Notes under the pieces: generated by a model
Databases searched by the model: none
Seen by the model: the letters and a program-made list of their open reading frames with translations, nothing else
Told to the model about the DNA's origin: nothing
Source of the DNA: Tubiluchus corallicola
Lineage: Eukaryota > Animalia > Priapulida
Length of the DNA stretch: 64,000 nt
Assembly: GCA_030141605.1 (NCBI GenBank)
Contig: JAQGDQ010000135.1
Span: 248,001-312,000 of the forward strand
Reading direction: 5' to 3'
Made by a program: the position numbers and the translations under genes
In this document: piece after piece, positions 47,018 through 61,700 of the stretch
Position numbering within the stretch: position 1 is the first letter of the stretch
Layout of the letters: every line of letters starts with the position of its first letter

Positions 47018-49449
47018 ACCCGGACGACGAGTTTCAGTTCAGGTACCTGACGTCATCGTACTAAATGTTTCGACAGCGGTTTTATCCTAGTTTATCAACA
47101 TTTGCCTGCAATTCTTTTTAGTTTCCTCGCTGTTATCTCCTTTCACCACAGTCGTCGTGGACGGCAACAACTGAAAATAAGACAAAGGATCTATGTGGTA
47201 ACACCATACTGCTAGCTACTAATTAGAAAATCGGGCAAACGTGGTTAAATTTTTGTGTGATGTGACCGCAGCTAAGATGTTGTAATGTTTAGTCAAACTT
47301 AAAGTACGGAGGCAAATGCAGTAATAGTGATTTATAGAAGCCACTAGAATTTTAAATTTAGAAGTTTTATTTAAATTTAATTTTAATTTTTATTTTAATT
47401 CAGTACACATAGAACTATGTTACATATATTTACAACACACAAAAATTGGTAAAACAGATTAAAAATTGCTAACTAAAAATCTAAAATGCACGTTAAAAAT
47501 ACCCTGCCTAAAATTTACAACTTAAAATCATCACATAATGTTTCGCTAGTTTTAAAAAACGGAGACTCAAATAAAAAATTAGTTTATAAAGCCAAAAATA
47601 GATTGTCATTTCTATTTGCAAAATACGATTTCGTATTCAACCACATAAATTTGTTCGTTTATATAATGGTACTTAACAATTAATAATTTGCATACTGGTT
47701 CAGTCTTAACAAGTCTTAATTACTAATAAGTTTACGAAACAAATAGGACGAATTTATATACAAAATATGTATAAATCTTGCTTATTTCTTTGTAAAATCA
47801 GACAAAAATAAGAGCGTCTAATTTCTAAGTGTTTTTTTTTAAATTGAAATCCAAGCGAAACGATGGCTAATCTGTCTAGCTGAGATTCGTTCAAGTATAT
47901 AGCCCTGTTACGCATTCTTGGGATTATTGTCGTCGTCGTTGTTGTTGTTGTTGTTGTTCTTGAACACTGTCAAAAATTGCTGTGTGCCGTCTATCTTATA
48001 CAACGTTCCAATGGTCCAAGCTATCTATAAATTCTTGTTCTCTTTGCGATGCCCCAGGACCTACTTTATTCTGACATTACTATTAAAGATGTTATTGTTG
48101 TGACATTAAACCGATTTCGTAACCTTTACTACAATCCGTCAATCCCCGCAAGGGCGGTTCACTCTCATTCATTGGTGCGCGCTCGTGTAATTACACCTGT
48201 TTAATTAGTAATATTTACTTGTTGGAAGCGTGATTACAGGTGTACGTCCAACCCTAGGGATTATGTTCGTATCGATGCAGAAAGATTGCCATAGAGCTGT
48301 TTAAATAACCGTTTTGTAGGCAAGTATGAGTCATCACAATAATTTTGCAGTTGCAGTTACTATGCTTTACGATAAACTGCAAATTGCAAGCGCGTTTAAA
48401 AAATGGACAAAAAAGCTTTACTGAATAAAGAGACGACACAAGACGCTTAACAACTGCAACGAAATTGCAAATTCATTCTCCGTTTAGGGGCCTTATCTGG
48501 CTAGTGGCTAGTTAAAGTTTGTGATAAACAGAACCGCCCAGGGCAAACACCGAAAAGGGAGGAGGGGTCCAATGCTTCCAGTGCTGAGTAACAGTGTAGA
48601 ATATAAAATGAAAGGTCTCTATCAGAATGAATGGTAATTAAATGGTATAAGTTGCACCCAGATTAGTTAACCTGTAATCCCACCACAAGAGGACAAAAAC
48701 CAAAATTTCAGGTCGTTGAGGCTATTCCTTTCAGTGTCTAGTAACAGCAGCTTGTAAAATTGCAAATGAAAGGTTGACCCCTCAACTAAAGCCCACATTG
48801 GTTGACCCGAGGTCACGGGCCAAACGTGACAAATCCCAATGTGAGTATCTCTCGTACTGTATCAAATGAAAGGATTCGATGAGACAGAATTTTAATGACC
48901 AGGGGCCAAAAAGTTAGAAATTCCGATTTCACTAAAGCGAGATGCAGTTCATAAGTAATCAAGCATAGTGAATTCAATGAAGACCATTAACGTTTCATGT
49001 TGTTGAGGACCGAATCAAAAATCAAGCCACAGCTGTGGATTACACAGGAATGGGTCCGAGCTATCTGTAATACATTCTTGTTTCATATTCAAATGCTGCC
49101 CGAACCTTAAGCTGTATATCAAATGACCAAGTCTAAGACGATTACAAAATGACATTAGTCTGGCTTATGGTCACAGATTAAGATTAGGCGTCTAGTTTTA
49201 CAATAGCTGTCCATTTCTTGAACCAAGAATAATCGCTGCACTAGAAGTCAAATATTGATGAACTCTCTGCATTTCGTGAAAATCTTTAAAATTAATTTGG
49301 TCAGAATGAAGAAACGAAATTGTGTTTTTAGTCATCATGCTTGATTTATGCTGAAGTCAGATAGATGAAAAACGTTTCTACACGTAAAAAACGACTGCTG
49401 TTGTCATTGCGTAGTCTTTCACCATCGCAATCTTCATTATTTTGGTCGT

Positions 49450-49590
49450 CCTCGTCACCAATGTCGTCATCATCGTCACCATCGACGTGATCAACGTCAT
49501 CATCATCATCATCATCATCATCGTTGTCGTCGTCATCATCATCATCATCATCATCACCAATCATCATCGTTATCATCGTCATCATCATGA
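49450..49590. repeat. (CAT)n microsatellite
   Basis: Directly visible. Confidence 0.9.
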
Positions 49591-50144
49591 ACCCGGTAAT
49601 ACACATGTGAATTTAGGCCACCAAGACTAAATCTCTTGTATTAGCCTGGTTTATAAATAAACATCCCGAAATAAAATTGATAAGATCGATGTTATGAGCT
49701 TTAGACAGGCTTTCTCTTTCGTAGGTGATGATGATGATGATGCTCCGTTAAACCTCTTATGCATCTACCGTGGAAGCTGAAAAACGAAATCTGTATTTTT
49801 CTACAGTCTCTGTCCCACGCTCCTGATGAAGCTGGATCAATATTATAGTAGGCAACTGATGATAGCTTGTTACACGTTCATTGTTCCTTTGCATGAAAAG
49901 CGCAATCATCAAAATACTAAATATAGCAAGGAAAATCTCTTGTTACTAAACTTTTGTACTGGAGAAAGAGTAATTATTGTTAGCGACCTGACCTGCTGTA
50001 GACTATGGCGAAAGTAAGATCTCACTTCCTTGTATTTCTTAGAATACACTGAATCTTTTACACTTTATAGACTTGGGTGACTATATACCTCGTTTTGTTC
50101 GGTTACTGCTCCTTCATTTATTCGTCTGTCATTCATTCTTTCAG

Positions 50145-50325
50145 CCATCCGTCCGTCCCTCCCTCCCTCCCTCCCTCCCTCCATCCATCCATCCATCCAT
50201 CCATCCATCCATCCATCCATCCATCCATCCATCCATCCATCGTTCATTCATTCATTCATCCATCCATTCATTTACTCATTTATTTATTCGTTCGTTTGTT
50301 CATTCATTCATTCATTCATTCATCC
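50145..50325. repeat. (CCCT/CCAT/TTCA)n microsatellite
   Basis: Directly visible. Confidence 0.9.
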
Positions 50326-50530
50326 ATGTCATATTACTTCGTATATTATCCATTTTTAAGTTCGTTTAGTCATGCATTTGCTTGCACCTTGTTTTATTTC
50401 TTTCTGTCTTTGTTTCATTTATTCGTTTATTTGCTTCTCTAAAATTTTACGAATTTAGGTGCATGTCCACGCATTTCCTCATTACTAAGATGAGGAAAGC
50501 ATTTTTCGCTCCAACGTCCCAAAGCAGTAA

Positions 50531-50858
50531 CTGTTGGCATGGCGCCAAGAAAGATTACAGACCGCCACGCGCGCGTATTACGTCGGTAAACACGTAAAAA
50601 TGCGGTTGTTTGTAATTCTTACTGGCAGTTATTGCGGGTAAGTTGCGGATATGTGCGTACTTTGTTTAGATTGCTAATTTACTGCTTAATCACAGCACAA
50701 CTGTAATCGCCCAAATGCTCTCAACCCTAATCCCAACCCAAGGCGATACTAAATTCGTTAATGCGGGCGTAATGTCCTGCTTAAACAGTCAACACAAGTT
50801 CACAAAACACTAAAACAATAACAGCAAAAGCCTCCGTTCTTTTTGGCTCCTTGCCAGT
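50531..50858. mobile_element. Putative MITE (imperfect 20-bp TIRs)
   Basis: TTGGCATGGCGCCAAGAAAG ... CTTTTTGGCTCCTTGCCAG; internal ACCCTAA-like stretch. Confidence 0.4.
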
Positions 50859-52376
50859 CATCTTGCCCAACAGGAAGCGCTAAATGAAGTATTTCAAATG
50901 ATAAGGCCTTGTTCACATGTATGCGACTGGAATCTGAGGTAACGAAATATACCGAAGATGATGTTGATCGGCACGGCCGGCATATATGGATATATCGGGC
51001 AGCAGAAAGTGTGGATCTATTGGCAGTTCACATCATGTTTTATTAATTTTTACTTAAAGGAGAAGAAAAGGAAATTTTAAAGCATGTCACAAAAAACTTA
51101 CTGTACAAAGTTATGTTGTTTAGCATTACGCTTAGCTGTTTAAGAGACATATGTAATTGGAAAGGAAAATTCTTAATAATTAAAAATATTTTGCCAAAAT
51201 TATGGTAAAAGTCGCTGCACCCCCATCCTAAAGTACACCACTGCCTCACCAAAAACACATTATTGATCTTACTGCTAATATAAAGTAATTTATACTATCG
51301 CTCTGTAGCAAAGAGTGTGCTACGATTGCTCTGATTATTTGTTCAACTTCACGCAATGTTATCTAAACTAGGTTCAAACGATTTATAATTAAAATGGTCA
51401 ATGGTCATTGCTAACATAGCTCTGTATGCAATAAGACAAGCACGGAAGTGATGCAAAATTTCAAGACGAATTTTTGAGCTTTATTTATGATGAGTATTTT
51501 CTCGTCCTTTAACAAAGAAACGCTGTGGCCCCACATTCCGGATACATGTGCATTGACATACGACTGACATTTTCCCGAGAAACCTGTATAAATCCTTGTA
51601 AGATTTTCTTTGTTTATTTTCTTTAGCAATATTTTTAAAATCTATGGATCTACTTCGTAGAACTTTGAACATGTGGAATTTTTGCATAGTTAATTGTTAA
51701 TGACTGATTATTTTACTTGATAGAAAATTCAAATCGAAAACATTTGGTTTATAAATACATATAAATAAAAGTACATATAAATAAAGAAATTTTTCTTGAC
51801 ATTTTATTGGCTATTTCAAGTGCTTTAGTACCTGTGAAAATTATCCCAGTTAATAAGTAAATTTAAAATTTTTATTGAATTCCCTGTCAACTAAAAGTCG
51901 CCTTACACTCTTTAGTCGATTATGCAAGTAATGCAACCTCCGGTGAATAGCTGCTCTATTTCGTACTACTTCCTCGCATGAGCTAATCAATATTAATTAG
52001 AACCTAATATCTCTGTGATAGGTGAACAAATATTTAAATAAATAACTTATTATTCATGCTTATAGCTAACTTTTTTATTATATAAATAATTTTTATGATG
52101 AGTTTTATTTAAAAATTGCTTGCAAACGGTTTCAAACGTGTCTTAGGGCAACGTTTTTGCTTTTTATGATGCTCCTATAAGGTTACAAGGACGTTAGCAT
52201 AATTAGTAATGAAGCGTTTAGCAAAAACTGCGGACTGCAAAGTAGTGGGTGTCGGATTCCACCATAAGCTAAATAAGTTGTAGTTTAAGTTTCAAAGTCT
52301 GAAGAGGCGTTTCACAACTGTGTTTCCTTTATTTTTATCTGGTACAGTTTGAGTTTTATATAATAAACAACAACAA

Positions 52377-52529
<153 letters not shown>

Positions 52530-55089
52530 TATAGACTTATTCGTTGCCTACACACAGCTCTCTCTTTGTCTACCCCCTCTCTCTCTTTCATCGATTTTTT
52601 ATATTCTTTATAAATACTCATTTTTACTTTTCCCACTTTGTGTCCTTTTCGGGAGTTCTTTCAGGGTTTGCCGACGTCACGTCCAAACTTTTCTACAAAT
52701 TTACATTACAGCTAAACAACACAATCTGAAAATTGTTTTTAAGTAATGTGCTAGACACTAATTCACCGTTGTTGTATGAGCAACGGGACGCTGCAGTAAT
52801 TACTATATGAGTACGTGAGAAATGGAAAACTTGATGAAGGACACCTGAGCACATATCCAGTTAGTTCCTGGGAGGCTGGGATCCTAACAAATCCACCAGT
52901 GCTCGCTATATTACATCTAATACAAGTGAATGCATGACCGTAACTTTTACTTTGTTAAGTAGGAAGAAAAATCTTAAGTAATGACTAGTTATATCTGTAT
53001 ACGCTAGCCTTAGGAACCAAAACCTGTTCCAGGTAAAAATAGATGCAAGACGGCTTAACCTGGATTTTCCTGGAACACCTGAGGCGAAGCGTCCTTATTT
53101 CATATGCAAACACAAATTACATCTACATTAGGTTTGAATAAGATACATGTATCATTACATTTTGCTCTAAATTTATCTCCTCAAAAAACTATTAGTGTGA
53201 GTATGTACTGTTACGCAAGTTTGTTTTTTTACAATCATAAATTGTGATCATTATTATTATAATGGTCGCAAAGCACATCTTGAATTCTGCACTAATGTCT
53301 GAATAAATTGAATAATTTAAATTGTTGTATTATTTTTAGATCCTTGAGGTCAGCACTATGTTGCTGAAATGCGTATCGGAGAAGTAAAACATAAGAGAAA
53401 TACGCTACATTCAAATTATTGATTAGAAAAAGAACATGTAAAACATTACATAGCTATAAAATTAAGTATCATCATTCTTTTGAAGTATTTTAAGATGGGC
53501 GATACATATATACATGTTTATACATGTGCTTACGAGTTTTTAACATTGTTTCGTCTTATGTGAAACAAATGAATCTACGCCTACGCACGTTATTCAAAAA
53601 ATTAATTATTGTCATTACTCAAATTATAGAAACTTCTTCTAGTTTAATGTAACGAGTAGTAATGAATGAAATAGCAAAGAACCGAATCCATCCAGTGCTC
53701 ATACATAGCTATAGCACCCTATGATTTGTATCGCTATGAAGTTACTATAGACCCTTATAATACACCTGCGTTCAATATACCTGCATTATATTGCCCAAGG
53801 CCAATTTCTGCTTACTTTAAACCATGAGATATTTAGCGAAGTAACAAATTAATGATAAATCACAGGTGTACTGGCTAGCAGTCTGTCTGTAATAACAAGT
53901 AACAACAACGAATTTGCATTATGCGTATACTATATTAAAATTATATTAGCTAGTATAAAAACTAGGGTAGTTATTTGAAGTTTAGGTCAGTCAAAAGCAT
54001 TTTTGAAGTTTTTAAAAAACTGTTTTATAAAAAAAATCTCTAATTGCAAATTCACGCTTTTTATAGGAATTAAACAAGTAAAAAATTGAGCCAAGTGATC
54101 AAAATGCAGATAAGATTTTAAAAAGCCAGCAATTCGTCGATTAAGATTTTCATTTACTAGGTCACACTTGTAAAACGTTAAGACTACAGAATGTTCCCAC
54201 TTACGGTGACTTACCTAACCACTTTGCGTTGATTTAACTTTTCTCTGCAAAAGAGAAGCAAGCATCCACGTCGTAGAAGTCCTTCTTGAAGTACATTTTA
54301 TAGAAATAAAATGTAAACCTAGACAAATTTTAATAAAATGGCGTTTCGACAGGCCAAGCACCGCTCAATACGTCTCACGCGGTTGTAGATCAGAAGCGAA
54401 GTGCTCGTGCGTTGAGTATCGACCGGGTAAAATTATCATAGCCGCCTTCTAACAAAGGAACACATTATAGTTGTGATGCATTATATAGCACCCCCGGAGA
54501 ACAAAGCCGTAAAATTGGCAGTGATATAAAAAATTTAGATACTCTGCCATGCGCCATCACTAAATGGCGTATATACACATGTGTGGAAAAAACGGAACAA
54601 AAGTAAAAGTTATTACTTCATTACATTAAAAATCAGAAGTTTAAGATGTTTTTCGTAATAGTTTATCCCAGTCGGTACTGACACTTTGTTTTCTAGTTCA
54701 GCTATTACTCATTCAGCTTAATTAAAACGCTTGGTAAAATGTGTGCGATTAAGAAAAATTAAGAAAAAAGAAAAAAAAAGAAAACCTTGTTAGAAGATGC
54801 ATCGCAAGTTTTTTTTTCATTTATACACTATACGTAAAGACTTTTGAATGGCAGTAATGTGATCTTGGCGAATACGTAGATTCTTTCAGTTTTTTTATTT
54901 GTTTTTTTAATAATGGTTTATTGTGTTATAGCGTGTTTTTATCAGCAGGTTGTATTAGCATTGCACTCTGTATGATTTTAGTATATATTTTTAATCATTT
55001 ATATTGCTTACAGTTAATGTCTGTTAATTGTCATTTTATTGTAAATACAAGTTTTTTAACTGCAATTCTTGTACGAAAATAAACCTTTT

Positions 55090-55205
55090 ATCTATCTGTC
55101 TGTCTGCTTGCCTGCCTGTCTACCTACCTATCTACCTGCCTGCCTGCCTGCCTACCTACCTACCTATCTGTCTGTCTATCTATCTGTCTACCCATCCATC
55201 CATCC
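55090..55205. repeat. (TCTG/CCTA/CCAT)n microsatellite
   Basis: Directly visible. Confidence 0.85.
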
Positions 55206-58200
55206 GACCGAAGTATAACAAATAACTTGGAGTATTTCGAACCAACAGAGAATAATAGTTGAACTATCGAAACATTTTGATTTTAAATAAAGAACTACGA
55301 GTGCAACATGCTTTGTTTTATTAGAATTTATTTTTACTTAAAACATCTAATCTGGAATAATCTAACGCTGTAATAATTATGCTATTGCCATGTTCATCAT
55401 AAATATGAGTACTTGTATAAAGGAAAAGACTGCATTACTGAATGTGGATGCGGCCATGCCAGATAAAGAAGCGTCAGATAAAGAAGAATTTATTAAAACA
55501 ACAGATAACAAAACAGTGCTTTAAAACGTGTTTCAAATTAATTACTATTTAGGAAACGTGAAAAAATTAGAGTTTAAGAAGGCTGAAACATATATTATTA
55601 TTTTACGATTCCAGAGCTTTGAGGCAATTTCTGCCAATTTTGAATTATTAATTAATTGTTGTGGAGATATTATCTGCTTACACTTACTGTTGACAATTTT
55701 CGTTCAGAAATGTGACAAATTGACTATTAAATTATAATATTAATAAATTAAATTATTAAACTATTAAATTAAATTATAAATTAACATAAATTATTCAGAA
55801 TGACCAGCATGGCAACATCAGAAAATACGTATAAAAAGTAAGTATTATTGATAGGTGTTGCACATACTACGGAACTAAAACTTGAATCACATGACTTAGG
55901 GTTAGGGCCATTTACACGGTGCGTTTTTGGCGCAAATGCATGCTTGTAAATAGGCCCTAAGTCTGGCTTCGTTAGTCTGAAAATTCAAAGACACAAAATG
56001 CGTGTAGTTTTATAAGCCAAATTTAAATTGCTTGACAGTGATACTGAATTAACTTCACTTATAGAAATATTTAACATCCTTCAATTTGCTGTAGCGGAGT
56101 AATGAAACTGTTCTACCACTAATCGAGAGTTTTTAGGACAAAAATTTCTATTTCATCAAAATTTTATCAATGAATTCTTTGATACTTTTGTTAACTCGTG
56201 GTTTAATAAATCATTGAATTAGTTTTATCGAACTAATTGAATTGATTTTTTTTTCGTTCTGTTTCTGCCCTTTGATTTGCTGGAATGGAATAAAATTACG
56301 TTGTTAGCGTAGCAAAAGCAGGCAAACTAGAACAATTAATCGAGATAATTATGCTCTAACCATCTGACTAATAGATTGGTTCACTATATTTAACAATTAT
56401 TATAGATTCAGCTGAAATCTTTCGTATGAACATGATTATATAAAAACAACTTGCACTGGCAGCAGCTGCAGCATTAAGAAATGTACAAAAAATGTAAAAT
56501 ACCATTGTTATTTCCAATTAGTTCTACCCAACAAATTGCACGTTTTTGCTTAATCTCAATAACTCCAGCCACTTATTTGCAGAGCAGGTTTTCGTTTTCT
56601 TGAACTTCCCAGATATTGATAATATATTCCTACGTTTTTTAACAAAGTCCGTTTTTTTATGACAAACCAAACTACGTAATCTTCAGTATTTCAATAACTA
56701 TATCCTAAATCTCCTACAGTGCATACTAGGAGAACAAATAGTTACTTTTACGTCCAACAGGTAGCAGCACAACTCCGTCCTAGAAAGTTCATTCAGCCTG
56801 AGCCGTTCCACGCCACAACAGTCTCATTACAGTGAGTATTGACAGCACGGTACAAGCAGTTAGTAAAATTGGGAGCTAGGCATCAGCACACCACAAACTG
56901 TTAGTTGAGAACTCGCTTTATATAGCTCAAAGTTAATATCGACAGACAAGACCATGCTTTTAAGGATCATTTCTATAGTATGTGTCGCAAGAGGTTCAGA
57001 CAAAACTGAACACCAGATCAAACCACGATGACGAGGTGGAGCCTTCCTCTCTGAGCGTGAAGCAGATTGTAGCTGTCGCTGCTTGCGGTGACTTGGCTGC
57101 GATCATTGATGACCGTTCTTTCTCTTCCTTTGTGGAGAGATGGAGGAGGGGAAGGCATTCCGAGTGGTTTCCTTTTTATAGAAATAAAAGTAAACCTAGA
57201 CAAATTTTATTACATTCTTGTCGCAACAGAATAAATGTGAGGACCAGCCCCGCACCTTACTTAAGTTAAATACATTTGTTTCCGGGAGTGGCTGTATAGT
57301 GTAGGTCAATGTTAAATAAATTTATAAGAGTGAGGTGAGCCCAAATGTCTGTTACAGACACCCAAGTCTTTACGTTTTCCGTAGGGACTAAAAGTAGCCT
57401 CTTGATAAATTTTTGAGAAAATACTGTGAAATTCTAGTGAAGATTTGTCATTAAGTCAATACTTTTTACAACAGTCAACAGTTTTAGAAAATATTATAAT
57501 TCCGTTTGTATGTATTTCAATAGTAGTACTTGGAGAATCGTTTTAATGTAAAGTGTAGTAATTCGATGCACGAGAAGGATTACAAAATCAATAAAGATTT
57601 AAATACCAGGCAGATGTCATTAATGAAGGCAAACAGTGATGTTCAAAATACACTAAAATGTCTTTGGGTTACTTGCTTGCAACGTAACTTAGTAAGAGCC
57701 AGTCTCGTTTTCATTGCTGTTCATGTAATAAGTTTTTAGTCAGCTTTATAATGTGGTGTCACAGTTTAGTGAACTCGCTTGTTAAATTCTTACCATTAAA
57801 CGGATTCTATGGCAACGCTAAATGACATGTCCAGGTAGTTGGGCAGAAAAAACGTAAAAAATTAATAATCAGTGCATGGCATTCCAGACTAGTTATAGCA
57901 CAAGAAAAGAAGCAAATGGGACAGAAAATGACAAAGGAGAGTATAGAAGGAAAAGAGAGAAGGGAGAGAGAAAAAGAGAATAAAAGTGAGAGAGCTTTGA
58001 TGGCGACGATAAAGTTGAATCCAGTCACTAAAGTAGAATAATGTTATTCGACCTTCAAAATATTGAAATACTACTGGCACTTAAATGCTACTGTACAGGC
58101 AATTCTGTTACATCAAAAAAATCTAAGAAATAAATTCATTCATGCAACTATAACTACTCTATATAAGTATTTTTAACAACTGCAAATTTTATTTTTGCAT

Positions 58201-58745
58201 ACGATAAAATCATCATAAGATACTAAAGTGAAAGTAATGACTGCTTTATACATACTATGTATAGACATTAACTAAACTGATGCTTGGTATTATTAAGAAC
58301 ACTTAAGATCAGATATGCAAACCATAATCTATTTATACAACAACGAAAAACTGCAATTTAGTAACTTCAAGTTATAATTAATACATAAATCATAATTGTT
58401 GTAAAAATATCTTACATAAAAATATTTTAAATTTTGTACATTAATGCTATAAAAATTTTGGGTATTTTGAAAAAGCACCACAAAATGAAAGAGAATTGCA
58501 AAAAGTATTTAATGACTAGAACACCGCACTACGCTGATTTGCTCCCACTGAAATTTACTGCAATCTACATGTTCTTGGAAATAAGCTTAATCTATTACAT
58601 AAAGCAAGAATAATAACATATTTCATACATCAAACACTGTTCAGCAATAAGAGATATATGCAAATGTAGCCATACAGCGTGGAAGCAAATTGAGCAAAGG
58701 GCCTTAATTTTGCAAATCTGTTTTCATTAGCTAATCATAGAAACG

Positions 58746-61700
58746 TCAAGGATAGTTGCATCGACATGACGGAGGATTACAGCAAGGCTGTGCAGCCTCC
58801 TGCTCAGCATCCTCATTTATTATAGGTGGAAGTGCTATCACACTGTTCTTGTGTTCTTTGATAAGTTCACTAATTTTCTCAAGCGTCTTTAAATGGGTAC
58901 TTGCATCCAAAGGAAACTTCTCGCCTGGGTCGACATCAATGTTATATATGACAGGCGGCTTATGCTCTGTTACACAGTCCCCTTCACAAGCGAAACACAA
59001 CGATGCTGTTTTGGGTTGAGGCACACCCTCGATGCATATGCTGGAGTTCAGATATGTGTCATACGTAGCAAAATCTTGAGTGTAAAAATGCACTTTAAAA
59101 CTGCCGTAGCGCACGGCCATTATGATGTCATGGCAATAAAAGAAAATAATCTCGTGGGGTGAAGTTTTGTTGTTGCTGAAAAGCACGCTGGTCAAACTCT
59201 TTCCTAAAAAGATATTATTAAGTAAATCATAATGAAAAATATTGCAATTCAATTGATCAGCATTGCTAGCCCTTATTTTAGATATAAGATATGTTAACTA
59301 ATGTGCAAAATGAACTATGATTGATTTTGCATAGCTTTAATAGCGACACTTACTAAAACTATATCGTCGATAAAATTATAATACAGGTATGTATGATGAA
59401 ACAATGCAAAAAGGCCGTGAACTGTTTTGCTACACTTCTTGATGTAGCCCAGCAACAGTGTGTAAATGCCAATCATGCATTCAAACGGATGCCTACTATT
59501 AGAATTAACAAGTTTCTGGTGGAACCAGAAACTAACTAGTAAACTATGTATAACTCGAATATCTCGGGACCGGAAAATTCGTTTGAGTAATGCGAGGGAA
59601 AGAGTTAGACAATGTTCGTAAGAAAACAAGACTGAGTCACTCATCAGCGTCGGACAATACACTGCAGCCCGTATTATTATCACTAGCATATTATTATTAT
59701 TATTATCATAATAATAGCATTTCTGCTGAAACTAGCAGTTAAAATCTTAATGTGGTACACATTTTCGCATAGGATTTCTCGCTTGCGAGGTTATTCAACA
59801 TAAGCAGCCTAATTTCAGTTACATTCTTATAAATTGTACCGAGAATTCGGTTTGCGTAAAGCGATAATTCGAGTTACAGATTTCAGAGTTACAGAGTTAT
59901 GCGATGTTTGGTAAATGAAAGGGAAAATCTATTCCACGAGATCTGTTTGAGATAAGCAAGAGTTCAAGTTATAACGGGTAGAGTTTCATGTAGTTTACTG
60001 TATTTACAAAGGCTGGTTCCTTAAGATGAGGCCCCAAAATGGCAAGTGTCTTGGTCATGAACACATATAAATAATTCTTCTTCAATGACAAAAATAGCCG
60101 AAGACATTTTGGCAGATGAAATTGCTTATAGGTCGTGTTAATTTGGCCCCACAGCTATCACTCTCACCCTAAGTGAAATTCAGCACCTCGTTACAAGCTG
60201 CCATTTTGGTAATAAGGCCTGACAAAAAATTTTCCTTACAGTGTTTCTTTGACTGTTATGATGATAAAAAACAATAAACTGTATGCAGAAATTAAAAAAA
60301 CTGCTATTACTGCTGCTATTTTGCTAGCTGTTTCCAGATAAAAATAACATGTCAGTTTAAAACTATATACTTGTAAGATTATAATAAAAATAACCATGTT
60401 TCAACCATTTCAAACAAAAGGTAATTACATGCACAAGTCGCATGACTGTTGTACGCAAGTAGCGAAACTGTGAAAAGGCTTATTAATTCAAGACTTTTGG
60501 GCCATTGGTACATATGGGAAAATACTGAATAAAGGTCAGACAATCAATCCTCACACAATTTGTGACACTGTTCCATGAAATACTGTAACTGATTTTGAAA
60601 CAAAATTTATACCAATATGACATCAATAGTAACATTTTTGCTTACCATCTAAGGTTATGTTTTGCGGTAGATCTGCACCAGCTAGTTCAAGCAAAGTTGG
60701 GAATATGTCCATGGTTGTAAGCACAGTACTAGAGACTTGTCTGGGTGCAATTTTAGACGGCCACCATGCCACGGCTGGCACACGAACACCGCCTTCCCAA
60801 GTTTGGTGCTTTGCACCCTGAAATGTGACAACAGAAACTTGACTATGCAAACAAATGAAAATGAGTAAGCACAGAAAAACGTTTTAGGTGAGTAGAACGA
60901 ACCTAACAATTTTTATGTTCTTGTTATGCAAACCGAAATTGTAGATTCAGAACCAAAATTATACAAAGACATATTGTATCTATTATTATATTTAATATAT
61001 TATAATTATTCTGCTTAGAAACACAAGATGAGCAGTTAAAAACAACATAGAATGTCTAATCAGCCAGAATCATAAATTTGTAAAAATAATCTCCCTAATC
61101 TCCCTCAAGAATAATTTTTATCATATGCAATGCGTTCTATACAAATAAATTAGATTCTAGTAACAAATTCTATTTATTCTTAGCTTAATCATCATTTTTA
61201 ATACTCTGCATTTGCATTAACAAGTGACAGTTCTAGTTTAAATTTTCCACCAAGACAACTCTTGCTTTTTTGAATGGCTATTATTGTGCTACAGTTATTA
61301 AAAATCCATAATGCATGGTTTCCATTCTTATCTTATTTTTTCCTTTAATTCAATTTGAGTTGTACCACACAGTACCACCTATTTTCTCTTTATCTTTCAC
61401 TGTCAATTACATTACCAATTTATAAAAAAACAAATTTGTTTAGTTCACACTGACATGCAGTACAACTTCAATTTGGTTACCCAAGTAGAGTTCACTGGTC
61501 TGATCCATGATTCAGGCTTAATTTTTCAAAATTTGCTATTTTTTTATTAAATTATTGAAAATGCTACAGCATACAGTATGTCCAACAATGCAAACATTTA
61601 TTTGCAATTTTTTTCCCGTTTAGGATGCCGAAGTGCCATAGTACCATGCATTTCCTCCATATTTTTCATAGGCATTTTTGTGGTTTAACTGTACAAGAGT

